Of a DNA stretch of 64,000 nucleotides, positions 41,638 to 50,644 are shown in pieces; position 1 is the stretch's first letter, and each line of letters starts with the position of its first letter. The DNA comes from a virus. The DNA lies in IMG/VR virus record IMGVR_UViG_3300047510_002172, positions 4,915-68,914 of that record, one strand, 5' to 3'. The notes beneath the pieces were generated by a model. The model did not search any database and had not been told where the DNA came from. It saw only the letters and a list, made by a program, of their open reading frames with translations. A program made the translations under genes and the position numbers.

Positions 41638-42657
41638 TTATTTACTATCGGCCATAGATAATAAAGCTCTCCAATCAGCACCATTATCATTAGTTGAAAA
41701 CACTATTACATCTGTGCCAGAAGTAGTTAATGTTGAAGCAACTCCACCAGGCCATCTAGTAGTTGTGGGCCAGATCATAGTATAAGAACCACCATTAGTT
41801 AGTTCCAATATAAATCCACCAGCATATCCAGCTGAAGGAGAGTTACTAATAGTCCAAGTTACGTTACCGGTAGCAGTTGCTGAAAAATAATTTGCCGTGC
41901 TATAGTTTATGTCTGTGGTGCCTGTAACACTACCTAAACTTATTGCGCTTACATTTGGACCAGATGTGCCTCCACCCCCGGCTCCGGGCGCGCCGCTAAA
42001 ACCGCTAAATCCACTAAAGCCAGATGTACCTATACCGCTGTACCCAGAGTACCCACTCGTGCCACTTACTCCTGAATAGCCACTATAACCAGAATAACCA
42101 CTTCTACCAGAATATCCAGAGTAGCCAGAAAATCCGCTTATACCAGAGTATCCAGAATAGCCGCTTATACCAGAGTAACCAGAATATCCAGAAGTACCTA
42201 TACCAGAATAGCCACTATAACCACTTCTTCCGCTGTATCCGCTATAGCCTGAAGTACCGGCGCCGCCACTTGCGTATATTGTTCCAGTAGCAGAAATATT
42301 ACCAACAACAGTTAAAGCTTCATTTGGACTACTAGTGCCAACTCCGACTTTAGTACCAGATACTACTAACGCATTAGTACCATACGTACCCATTACAACA
42401 CTGTCATTACTGTTTACTTCTAATATAGGTAAACCAGTAATATCTCCTACAGACATAACAACACCGGTAAGAGCATCTGTTATACTGAATAAGGAACCAG
42501 CTGAACCTATAAATGCTACTTGACCTTCAGGCAGTACCTGTAAGGTTATAGATGATGCAGAAGGATTTAACGCGCTTAACCCAGCTGATAAACCTACAAA
42601 CCGAATACTCGGATTGCTTGTTGTATTGCGATTAGGTGTTATGATCAAGTCTGGCAT
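41638..42657 (-). CDS. Short fibre protein with a GYS stalk and a C-terminal adaptor domain
   Basis: 'KVGVGTSSPNEALTVVGNISA' fibre motif, ~90 aa of GYS, and C-terminal 'GGFILELTNGG...WP...WPGG...LT..G.DV..F.T.D.G..W'. Confidence 0.7.
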   Translation of the reverse strand: MPDLIITPNRNTTSNPSIRFVGLSAGLSALNPSASSITLQVLPEGQVAFIGSAGSLFSITDALTGVVMSVGDITGLPILEVNSNDSVVMGTYGTNALVVSGTKVGVGTSSPNEALTVVGNISATGTIYASGGAGTSGYSGYSGRSGYSGYSGIGTSGYSGYSGISGYSGYSGISGFSGYSGYSGRSGYSGYSGYSGVSGTSGYSGYSGIGTSGFSGFSGFSGAPGAGGGGTSGPNVSAISLGSVTGTTDINYSTANYFSATATGNVTWTISNSPSAGYAGGFILELTNGGSYTMIWPTTTRWPGGVASTLTTSGTDVIVFSTNDNGADWRALLSMADSK

Positions 42658-42677
42658 CTATTATTATTTATTAAAAA

Positions 42678-43451
42678 CTATAACCCGTACCTTCCTTTTG
42701 TCGCGTTAAAGTTTTGAAGAACTTCAGTTGCAGCTAATGCGCGGCTGTACATTCTTACTGTTGAAACATTACAATCTGCATTCATTGTATACGTCTGGCC
42801 GTTATTACTTGCAATTGCTATTCTTAAATTATTAGTCGTGCCTATACCAGCGGCATTCGGTGCAGTAAAACTATTAGTTCCTATTGGTATCCCATTTATA
42901 AAAGTAGTGAGAGTGTTACTACTTCTTACTACTACAACATGAAACCATGTTCCAACAATAATGTTAGCGTTTGACGAACCTATCGACGCACCCGGAGCTG
43001 AAACTATACTCGAGGTCCCGCTCCATATATCGTAGGTTAAATTAGTAGCACTATAATAAAACATTGCGTGGTAACCACGGTACACTAATAATGCACTCCA
43101 AGCTTCTGTAGCATCGTAGTTAGTAGGATTCGCGTTGTTTATTCTTGCCCATACCTCCGTAGTATGATTACTATACAAATAAGTAGAAACAGCTAAGTTA
43201 CCGGAAACAGTTATATCTGCGTATGCACCTGCCTCAGAGGCGGGCGGCATAGATCTTGTAAATTTTAAAGATCTACTAGAAGCTTCAAAAGAGTAAGTTG
43301 CAGGAAAAGGGGCGGTTAAATTAAAATTTCTTCCATTTCTACTTATATCAGTCCAAGTAGCCCCAGTTCCCGGGTAACTTTTAGTATTACCTGCATCTAA
43401 ACAGAGTACTAAACCATCTTCTATAATATTAGGGCCACCAAAAACACTCAT
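42678..43451 (-). CDS. LamG/concanavalin-A-like lectin domain protein, paralog 3
   Basis: 'GLVLCLDAGNTKSYPGTG...WFHVVVVR...FING...MYSRAL...QNFNATKGRYGL'. Confidence 0.8.
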   Translation of the reverse strand: MSVFGGPNIIEDGLVLCLDAGNTKSYPGTGATWTDISRNGRNFNLTAPFPATYSFEASSRSLKFTRSMPPASEAGAYADITVSGNLAVSTYLYSNHTTEVWARINNANPTNYDATEAWSALLVYRGYHAMFYYSATNLTYDIWSGTSSIVSAPGASIGSSNANIIVGTWFHVVVVRSSNTLTTFINGIPIGTNSFTAPNAAGIGTTNNLRIAIASNNGQTYTMNADCNVSTVRMYSRALAATEVLQNFNATKGRYGL

Positions 43452-44116
43452 AAACCAAATCTTCCTTTCGTTGCGTTAAAGTTTTGAAGTATTTCTGATT
43501 CAGTAATACCTCTATTATATAGTAAGGCTGTAGAAATATAACCAAACGGTTGACTACCTCCAGCTTCATTACCCCAAGCGTTATGGGTAGTACCATTTGC
43601 TGTATATGCTACAGTTCCTTTTGCAGCAAGACCATTAATATAGAGATTAGTACTACCTGTACCTGTATTAGTAACAGTATACATAGTCCATTTATTAGCT
43701 AGACCTAAAGTGCTTACATCTAAATTATATGGTACAAAATTTCCCCCGTTATTATCATAATAACCTAACCGGTTAGTACCGGTTTCAACTAGTACAGGGT
43801 GATCGTCAGGAGTCGTTCTCCAGAGCGTTCTCCAAGTAGTAGTACTAGATATTACTCTAGCCCAAGTAAGCATGGTATAGGAAGTACCAAATGTATATGA
43901 AGAACCGCTTGGATAACAGCGGCCAGTGGTACTACAATTAAAACAATTTATCCCATCTACAGTAGTAAAGGATGCTGATACTAAAGTATGATTATATTTA
44001 TTTAAAGTAAGATCTGTAAATACCGTGCCCGTGCCGGAATAGCTTTTAGTATTACTTGCATCTAAACAAAGCACCAAACCATTCGTGACTATCTTTGGAC
44101 CGTTGAAATAGCTCAT
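43448..44116 (-). CDS. LamG/concanavalin-A-like lectin domain protein, paralog 2
   Basis: Same terminal motifs as the other two paralogs; ATGA overlap. Confidence 0.8.
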   Translation of the reverse strand: MSYFNGPKIVTNGLVLCLDASNTKSYSGTGTVFTDLTLNKYNHTLVSASFTTVDGINCFNCSTTGRCYPSGSSYTFGTSYTMLTWARVISSTTTWRTLWRTTPDDHPVLVETGTNRLGYYDNNGGNFVPYNLDVSTLGLANKWTMYTVTNTGTGSTNLYINGLAAKGTVAYTANGTTHNAWGNEAGGSQPFGYISTALLYNRGITESEILQNFNATKGRFGL

Positions 44117-44838
44117 AGGTTGTATCTTCCTTTCGTTGCGTTAAAGTTTTGGAGTACTTCTGTAGCAGCTAATGCGCGGTTGTATATTTGAATTAAGGAA
44201 ACACTGCCGGCAAAATATCTTTCTGAAGAAACGACGAGACTAAAGCCTCTTCCAACATTTAAATTATTCATTGTTCCAATAAATCCCGTTGGGCTTCCAG
44301 CCGAACCTCTAGATATGCCAGTTGGCATTCCATTGTAATAAGTAGTTGAACTATTTGGGACGTAAGTAATTGCAGCGCAATGCCAAGTATTTACTGCGAG
44401 ACCACTCGCGACCACAACGTGCCCATAAAGGGAATTATTATTGTTAGTTATGTTTGAATATGCCCATCCAAGCTCACCGAGAGCGTTGAATTCTAATCTC
44501 GGGCCTATATTTCCTGTAGTCGCATTATATGCATAATTGCAATCTAAAACGTTTGCATAATTTTTAATTGAAGTAGGATAAAACCATACAATTACAGTAA
44601 ATGAAGAAAAAGACCCTGATAATCCTCCAGAGACTGAATATTGATTTGTTCCGTTGAAAACAATACTTCCTCTACTAGCGTTACTATATGTTGGGCCGCC
44701 GGTTAATGTACCGTTATACCCATTCCTACTTAAATCAGTCCAAGTAGTACCAGTACCAGGATAGCTTTTAGGATTACCTGCGTCGAGGCAAAGTACTAAA
44801 CCATTAGTTACTATGCGTGGCGCGTAAAATGTAGACAT
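44113..44838 (-). CDS. LamG/concanavalin-A-like lectin domain protein, paralog 1
   Basis: Same terminal motifs; 'WHCAAITY...YYNG...FAGSVSLIQIYNRAL'. Confidence 0.8.
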   Translation of the reverse strand: MSTFYAPRIVTNGLVLCLDAGNPKSYPGTGTTWTDLSRNGYNGTLTGGPTYSNASRGSIVFNGTNQYSVSGGLSGSFSSFTVIVWFYPTSIKNYANVLDCNYAYNATTGNIGPRLEFNALGELGWAYSNITNNNNSLYGHVVVASGLAVNTWHCAAITYVPNSSTTYYNGMPTGISRGSAGSPTGFIGTMNNLNVGRGFSLVVSSERYFAGSVSLIQIYNRALAATEVLQNFNATKGRYNL

Positions 44839-44839
44839 A

Positions 44840-47800
44840 TTAATACTCCACTCTTAATTTAGGTATGTCTTTACGTTCAGCCTGGATAAAGAAATAACTA
44901 TTTATATCTTTATTAAAAATATTTTCGTTTTTAATATAAACTTCCGTAGGGGTAATTCTATCTACAATTAATTTTTGAAAATGTCCAATTGGTGTAAGCT
45001 GAACGGTTATAGTATTTTCATCTACTAGTTGCGGCCAGTATTCAGGTAGAAGAATTATACTTTCTTTAGTTATACCTCTTATGAACACTGAATGCTCTGG
45101 GCCTTCTGCTACACCGTATTCAAGTTTCTTATAAGGCTTAGTTGGGTGCTTAATAACAAAGCTCTTTGTAGTAGCTGCAAATGACCCGCTTACTTCTAGA
45201 GAGTAACTCGGGGTAACAGTATTAATACCAACAAAACCACCGCTTGTAGCGTAGAATCTTACATTACCAGCTCCATCAGAAATTACTATATTACGGCTAG
45301 AGCTTGTAAGATTAAGACCCCCGGCATTACCATTAAAATTACCAATTACTACGTTTTCATTACCTGGGGCTACTGCACTTAATGCGCCAAAACCTACAGC
45401 AATATTATTCGTAGAAGTAGTGGTGTTAAAGAGAGCGTTTGTGCCTATACCTATATTACCGGTACCAGTGCTTATAGAATTACCTGCTTGGTAGCCGATC
45501 CCGATATTATTAGTACCGGTATTAACTGTAGAAAGTGCATTATACCCTACAGCGATATTTCTTACATCAGTATTACTAACACTGTTTAGACTGTTCCACC
45601 CTATTGATACGTTAGTATTAGTTGCAGAAGCTGTATACCCATATACTGTACCAAGAGCTCTTGCGCTTGCAGGTGCAGAAGCACTACTTGAACCGCTATA
45701 ACCTGAGTAACCTGAAGTACCGATACCGCTATAACCAGAGTAGCCACTTATCCCTGAATAACCAGAGTAACCTGAAAACCCACTTATACCGCTATAGCCA
45801 GAGTAACCACTTGTACCACCACTACCAGCATCTCCTGCACGCGTAAAGGAAATAACAATACTACCATTGTTACTTAAAGTATTATTACCTTCCACATATG
45901 TTACATTAATCTTATAGTAGCCCGTTGCAGCAACAATACTGTTAATCTGGAAAGTTAAATACGTCGCACTTGAAACTCTATTAAATACTCTTAGAGTGCC
46001 TTTTACAGTATTAATAGAATCATCTAATGCAGCTAACCAACTTGCTGTTGAGGCACTATCTCCATTAGTGTTACTGACGTAAATCTGAGTAGTACTTGTT
46101 TGAGTTAAATTATTAAACCGTAAAAACCCAGCGCCTGGATCAGAATCAGTAACTGTTGTTGAGAATGTATATGGTTGACTATCTCCACCGAATATACCTT
46201 GATATCCACTGTAACCGCTAATACCGGAGAAGCCGCTTGCACCGGAATAACCAGAGTAGCCACTAAAGCCAGAAACACCTGAGTAGCCGCTGTAGCCTGA
46301 GAAGCCTGATATACCTGAGTAACCTGAATAGCCTGATATCCCGCTATAACCTGAATAGCCTGAGTAACCGCTTACGCCAGAATAGCCAGAGTAACCTGAA
46401 TAACCACTTCTACCACTGTAACCAGAATAACCGCTAAAGCCGCTTATACCTGAATAGCCTGAATAACCTGATACACCGCTATAACCGGAGAAGCCACTTA
46501 TACCACTATAACCAGAATAGCCTGAGAAGCCGCTTATACCGCTGTAGCCGGAATAACCGCTAAAGCCGCTTATACCTGAATAGCCTGAATAACCAGAGAA
46601 GCCACTAATACCACTGTAGCCTGAATAGCCGCTAAAACCACTTACACCGGAATAGCCTGAATATCCGCTAACCCCGCTAGCTCCACTATAGCCAGAATAG
46701 CCTGAAAGACCGGAGTAACCTGAATACCCACTAAAGCCGCTTGTACCGGAGTAACCTGAATACCCGCTGAAGCCGCTTATACCGGAATAACCTGAATACC
46801 CGCTGAAGCCGCTCGCGCCACTATAACCACTATAACCGCTAAAGCCGCTTATTCCGCTATAGCCAGAATAGCCTGAGGCGCCAGAATAGCCTGAGTACCC
46901 ACTAAAACCGCTTGTACCGCTGTAGCCTGAATAGCCACTAAAACCAGAAATACCTGAATACCCGGAGTAGCCTGAATAACCAGAGAAGCCGCTTACCCCT
47001 GAATAACCAGAGTAACCGCTATACCCTGAAGTACCTACTGCTCCGGAATAACCACTATAACCTGAAAAACCACTAGTACCACTATAGCCAGAGTAGCCAA
47101 TCGTACCGGAGTACCCTGAGTATCCAGACTGCCCACTGTAGCCTGAATAGCCACTAAAACCGCTTGTACCGGAGTAGCCTGAATAACCTGAAAACCCGCT
47201 AATACCACTATAGCCAGAGTAGCCGCTTATACCTGAATAACCAGAATAGCCGCTTATTCCAGAATAACCGCTATAACCAGATTGGCCACTATAACCAGAG
47301 TAACCACTCAAACCAGAATAACCACTATAACCTGAAAAGCCGCTAATACCGCTGTAGCCACTATAGCCTGAAAAGCCTGATAGCCCGCTATAACCGGAAT
47401 AGCCAGAATAACCAGATTGCCCGCTGTAACCACTATAGCCAGACTGTCCACTATAACCAGAGTAGCCTGAAATACCGCTATAGCCTGACTGCCCACTATA
47501 GCCTGAGTAACCGCTAAAACCGCTTATACCAGAATAACCAGAATAACCAGATTGTCCGCTATAGCCAGAGTAGCCACTTGTGCCTTGATAGCCAGAATAA
47601 CCGGATGAGCCTTGACCACTATAACCAGAGAACCCTGAAATACCTACGGCACCTCTATATATACCTGTAGAAATATAACTATAATGCTGAGTACCTTCAT
47701 AGTACATGCGTACTGTTCTACTATTAGAAGATGTATTTCTTACATCAACCTCTACCATTATACGGTCAGTACTGGATAGAGCTATAGCATTAGCTAATGT

Positions 47801-50632
47801 ATATGACGTAACCTGTAATGCCGGGGCATTAATGTTAGTATTGGTAAGAGTGTCCCCTACAGCGCTAAATAAGAGAGTCTGAGTGCTACCATCATATTTG
47901 TAAACACTATAAATAAAATTTAAGTCGTTTGCACTGCTTACATAATAATATGTATTGAACTGCCAGGTACCTGGAGGTAATTGATCGGTATTAGGCTGGC
48001 CTGTAGGGGTAATCGCGTCAAATAATTGCGCAGTAGATAATCCTAAAGTAACTGTAGCGTATGTTTCCGGGTCACCGTCTGGAGCATCGTCAAGTACATA
48101 ATGCGACGGTACATCAGATGCGCTACTTGTATAATAGAATGTCAAGCCTACTGCTGGCGCGCCAGAAAAACCACTCGTACCACTATAACCAGAATAGCCG
48201 CTTACCCCGCTATAGCCGGAATAACCACTTAGGCCTGAGTACCCACTATAACCAGACGCACCACTGTAGCCACTGTAGCCACTGTAGCCGGACTGACCAC
48301 TGTAGCCACTGTAGCCGGACTGACCACTGTAGCCACTATAGCCGGATTCGCCTGAGTAACCACTGTAGCCTGATTGACCACTATATCCGCTGTAACCAGA
48401 CTCCCCAGAGTAGCCACTGTAGCCTGATGTACCAACACCAGAGTAACCACTGTAGCCTGATGTACCAACACCAGAATAACCAGAGAAGCCTGACAAACCA
48501 GAATAACCTGAATAGCCAGACTCACCACTGTAGCCTGAATAACCACTAAAGCCGCTTATACCAGAATAACCAGAATAGCCAGAATAGCCAGATTCTCCAG
48601 AATAACCTGAATAGCCTGAAAACCCACTAGCACCAGAATAACCACTGTAGCCGCTAAGACCGCTGTAGCCGCTATAGCCTGACAAACCAGAATAACCTGA
48701 ATAGCCTGACTGCCCACTATAGCCTGAGTAACCGCTAAAACCGCTTATACCAGAATAACCACTGTAACCGCTGTAGCCACTATAACCTACTTCTCCTGAG
48801 TATCCTGAGTAACCACTGTAACCGGAATACCCGCTTAATCCTGAATAACCAGAGTAACCAGAAAAGCCGCTAAGCCCGGAATAACCTGAGTAACCAGAAA
48901 AACCAGAAATACCTGAGTACCCAGAATAGCCTGACTCTCCAGAATAGCCGCTATAACCACTAAACCCACTTGTTCCTGAATAACCACTATAACCGGAGTA
49001 ACCACTTGCGCCAGAGTAGCCTGAGTACCCGCTAAAGCCAGACAAGCCTGAATAGCCGCTGTAACCACTAAAACCGCTTATACCACTATAACCACTATAA
49101 CCAGACTCTCCGGAGTAGCCGCTATAGCCTGAAAACCCACTTATACCGGAATAGCCACTATAGCCGGAGTAACCACTGGCGCCAGAGTAACCACTATAGC
49201 CGCTAAAGCCAGACAAGCCTGAATAGCCGCTATATCCGCTGTAGCCACTAAGACCGCTATAGCCACTATACCCGGAAAAGCCTGAAATACCTGAGTACCC
49301 AGAATAACCTGAATAGCCTGATATACCTGAATAGCCTGAATAACCTGACTGACCGCTGTAACCACTATAACCTGAAAATCCGCTTGTACCAGAGTAACCG
49401 CTATAGCCGCTAAGACCGCTATAGCCACTATACCCTGAAAAACCAGACTGACCGGAATAGCCTGAATACCCTGACTGACCACTATAGCCTGAATATCCTG
49501 AATAACCACTTTCTCCACTATAGCCAGAGTAGCCTGAATAACCAGACTCTCCAGAATAACCCGAATAGCCGCTTATTCCTGAATAACCAGAATAACCAGA
49601 TTGACCGCTATAACCAGAGTAGCCAGAAAAACCACTTATACCGGAATACCCACTATAACCAGAGTCTCCAGTACGAGAAAAAGAAACAATTACTTGATCG
49701 TTGTCAGATAAAGTATTATTACTAATAATATATTCTAGATCAATAGTTTGATATGTAGAATTATTAGTACTACTGTAAACAAAAAAGTCAAAAAATGTAT
49801 TAGTATCTGAAAGTTTGGTTATTCTAATAGTACCACGTTTAGGACTTGTAGACTGTACAAATGTCTGTAGCCAGGTAAAGAGGTCTGTACTATAATAGTC
49901 GTAATTGCTTATATAAGCAATAGTAGTACTAGTTTGTAGAATGTTATTAAACTTTAAATAGCCAGAGCCTGGATCACTACCTGAGATATTAGTTGAAAAA
50001 GTATATAAGAAACTATTACCGCCAAAATCTCCTTTATACCCAGAGTAGCCACTATAGCCTGACTCTCCAGAATAACCACTATACCCAGAGTAGCCACTAT
50101 AGCCTACTGTCCCAGAATAACCACTATAGCCGGAGTAACCACTTACTCCACTATAGCCAGAGTAGCCACTCATACCATCGACGCCGCTATACCCGGAATA
50201 ACCACTTATACCTGAGTACCCGCTGTAGCCAGAATAACCGCTCGTGCCTTGATACCCAGAGTAACCGCTTTCTCCTTGACCAGAATAACCACTGTAACCT
50301 GAAGTACCTACTCCAGAATAACCGGAATAACCACTTCTACCGCTATAGCCTGAGTAACCACTTCTACCTGAGTAGCCGCTATAGCCTGATTCACCAATAA
50401 AGCCGTCTTGACCACTATAACCTGAATACCCGCTAAAACCTGAGCGTCCACTAAAACCTGAAAATCCCATTACCCCTTGAGCGGATAATGCAGAAATAGT
50501 AATAGAGTACGAAGTATACGTACCGTTATTGTTATTTCTTTCTAAAAATAAAAGATCAGTACCAGAAAGAGGACCAACTGGTACTGAAGGTAGTTCGTGT
50601 GGAAATATTAATGTCGGGAAATCAGCGGACAT
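44840..50632 (-). CDS. Second giant GYS collagen-like fibre with globular nodes, YadA/Hep-Hag-like head repeats and a conserved fibre C-terminal domain
   Basis: 1930 aa with four GYS blocks and a duplicated 'YTFST...DPG.G.L.FNN' domain. 'NIAVGYNAL/NIGIGYQAG' repeats precede a C-terminal 'KSFVIKHPTK...EGPE..V..RG'. Confidence 0.8.
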   Translation of the reverse strand: MSADFPTLIFPHELPSVPVGPLSGTDLLFLERNNNNGTYTSYSITISALSAQGVMGFSGFSGRSGFSGYSGYSGQDGFIGESGYSGYSGRSGYSGYSGRSGYSGYSGVGTSGYSGYSGQGESGYSGYQGTSGYSGYSGYSGISGYSGYSGVDGMSGYSGYSGVSGYSGYSGYSGTVGYSGYSGYSGYSGESGYSGYSGYKGDFGGNSFLYTFSTNISGSDPGSGYLKFNNILQTSTTIAYISNYDYYSTDLFTWLQTFVQSTSPKRGTIRITKLSDTNTFFDFFVYSSTNNSTYQTIDLEYIISNNTLSDNDQVIVSFSRTGDSGYSGYSGISGFSGYSGYSGQSGYSGYSGISGYSGYSGESGYSGYSGYSGESGYSGYSGYSGQSGYSGYSGQSGFSGYSGYSGLSGYSGYSGTSGFSGYSGYSGQSGYSGYSGISGYSGYSGYSGISGFSGYSGYSGLSGYSGYSGYSGLSGFSGYSGYSGASGYSGYSGYSGISGFSGYSGYSGESGYSGYSGISGFSGYSGYSGLSGFSGYSGYSGASGYSGYSGYSGTSGFSGYSGYSGESGYSGYSGISGFSGYSGYSGLSGFSGYSGYSGLSGYSGYSGYSGYSGEVGYSGYSGYSGYSGISGFSGYSGYSGQSGYSGYSGLSGYSGYSGLSGYSGYSGASGFSGYSGYSGESGYSGYSGYSGISGFSGYSGYSGESGYSGYSGLSGFSGYSGVGTSGYSGYSGVGTSGYSGYSGESGYSGYSGQSGYSGYSGESGYSGYSGQSGYSGYSGQSGYSGYSGYSGASGYSGYSGLSGYSGYSGVSGYSGYSGTSGFSGAPAVGLTFYYTSSASDVPSHYVLDDAPDGDPETYATVTLGLSTAQLFDAITPTGQPNTDQLPPGTWQFNTYYYVSSANDLNFIYSVYKYDGSTQTLLFSAVGDTLTNTNINAPALQVTSYTLANAIALSSTDRIMVEVDVRNTSSNSRTVRMYYEGTQHYSYISTGIYRGAVGISGFSGYSGQGSSGYSGYQGTSGYSGYSGQSGYSGYSGISGFSGYSGYSGQSGYSGISGYSGYSGQSGYSGYSGQSGYSGYSGYSGLSGFSGYSGYSGISGFSGYSGYSGLSGYSGYSGQSGYSGYSGISGYSGYSGISGYSGYSGISGFSGYSGYSGTSGFSGYSGYSGQSGYSGYSGTIGYSGYSGTSGFSGYSGYSGAVGTSGYSGYSGYSGVSGFSGYSGYSGYSGISGFSGYSGYSGTSGFSGYSGYSGASGYSGYSGISGFSGYSGYSGASGFSGYSGYSGISGFSGYSGYSGTSGFSGYSGYSGLSGYSGYSGASGVSGYSGYSGVSGFSGYSGYSGISGFSGYSGYSGISGFSGYSGYSGISGFSGYSGYSGISGFSGYSGVSGYSGYSGISGFSGYSGYSGRSGYSGYSGYSGVSGYSGYSGYSGISGYSGYSGISGFSGYSGYSGVSGFSGYSGYSGASGFSGISGYSGYQGIFGGDSQPYTFSTTVTDSDPGAGFLRFNNLTQTSTTQIYVSNTNGDSASTASWLAALDDSINTVKGTLRVFNRVSSATYLTFQINSIVAATGYYKINVTYVEGNNTLSNNGSIVISFTRAGDAGSGGTSGYSGYSGISGFSGYSGYSGISGYSGYSGIGTSGYSGYSGSSSASAPASARALGTVYGYTASATNTNVSIGWNSLNSVSNTDVRNIAVGYNALSTVNTGTNNIGIGYQAGNSISTGTGNIGIGTNALFNTTTSTNNIAVGFGALSAVAPGNENVVIGNFNGNAGGLNLTSSSRNIVISDGAGNVRFYATSGGFVGINTVTPSYSLEVSGSFAATTKSFVIKHPTKPYKKLEYGVAEGPEHSVFIRGITKESIILLPEYWPQLVDENTITVQLTPIGHFQKLIVDRITPTEVYIKNENIFNKDINSYFFIQAERKDIPKLRVEY

Positions 50633-50644
50633 CTTATATACTTA

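Noticed and set aside
28821-44838. Diversity-generating retroelement acting on the RCC1 or LamG genes
   Set aside because: No reverse transcriptase in the window, and I saw no template/variable repeat pair differing only at adenines. A trans-acting DGR elsewhere cannot be excluded.
5429-50400. Many short alternative-frame or antisense ORFs (poly-Val, PQRLL, VIQVIVA, NNHYS types)
   Set aside because: These are shadows of the poly-Thr, GYS and RCC1 coding repeats and have no independent start signals.
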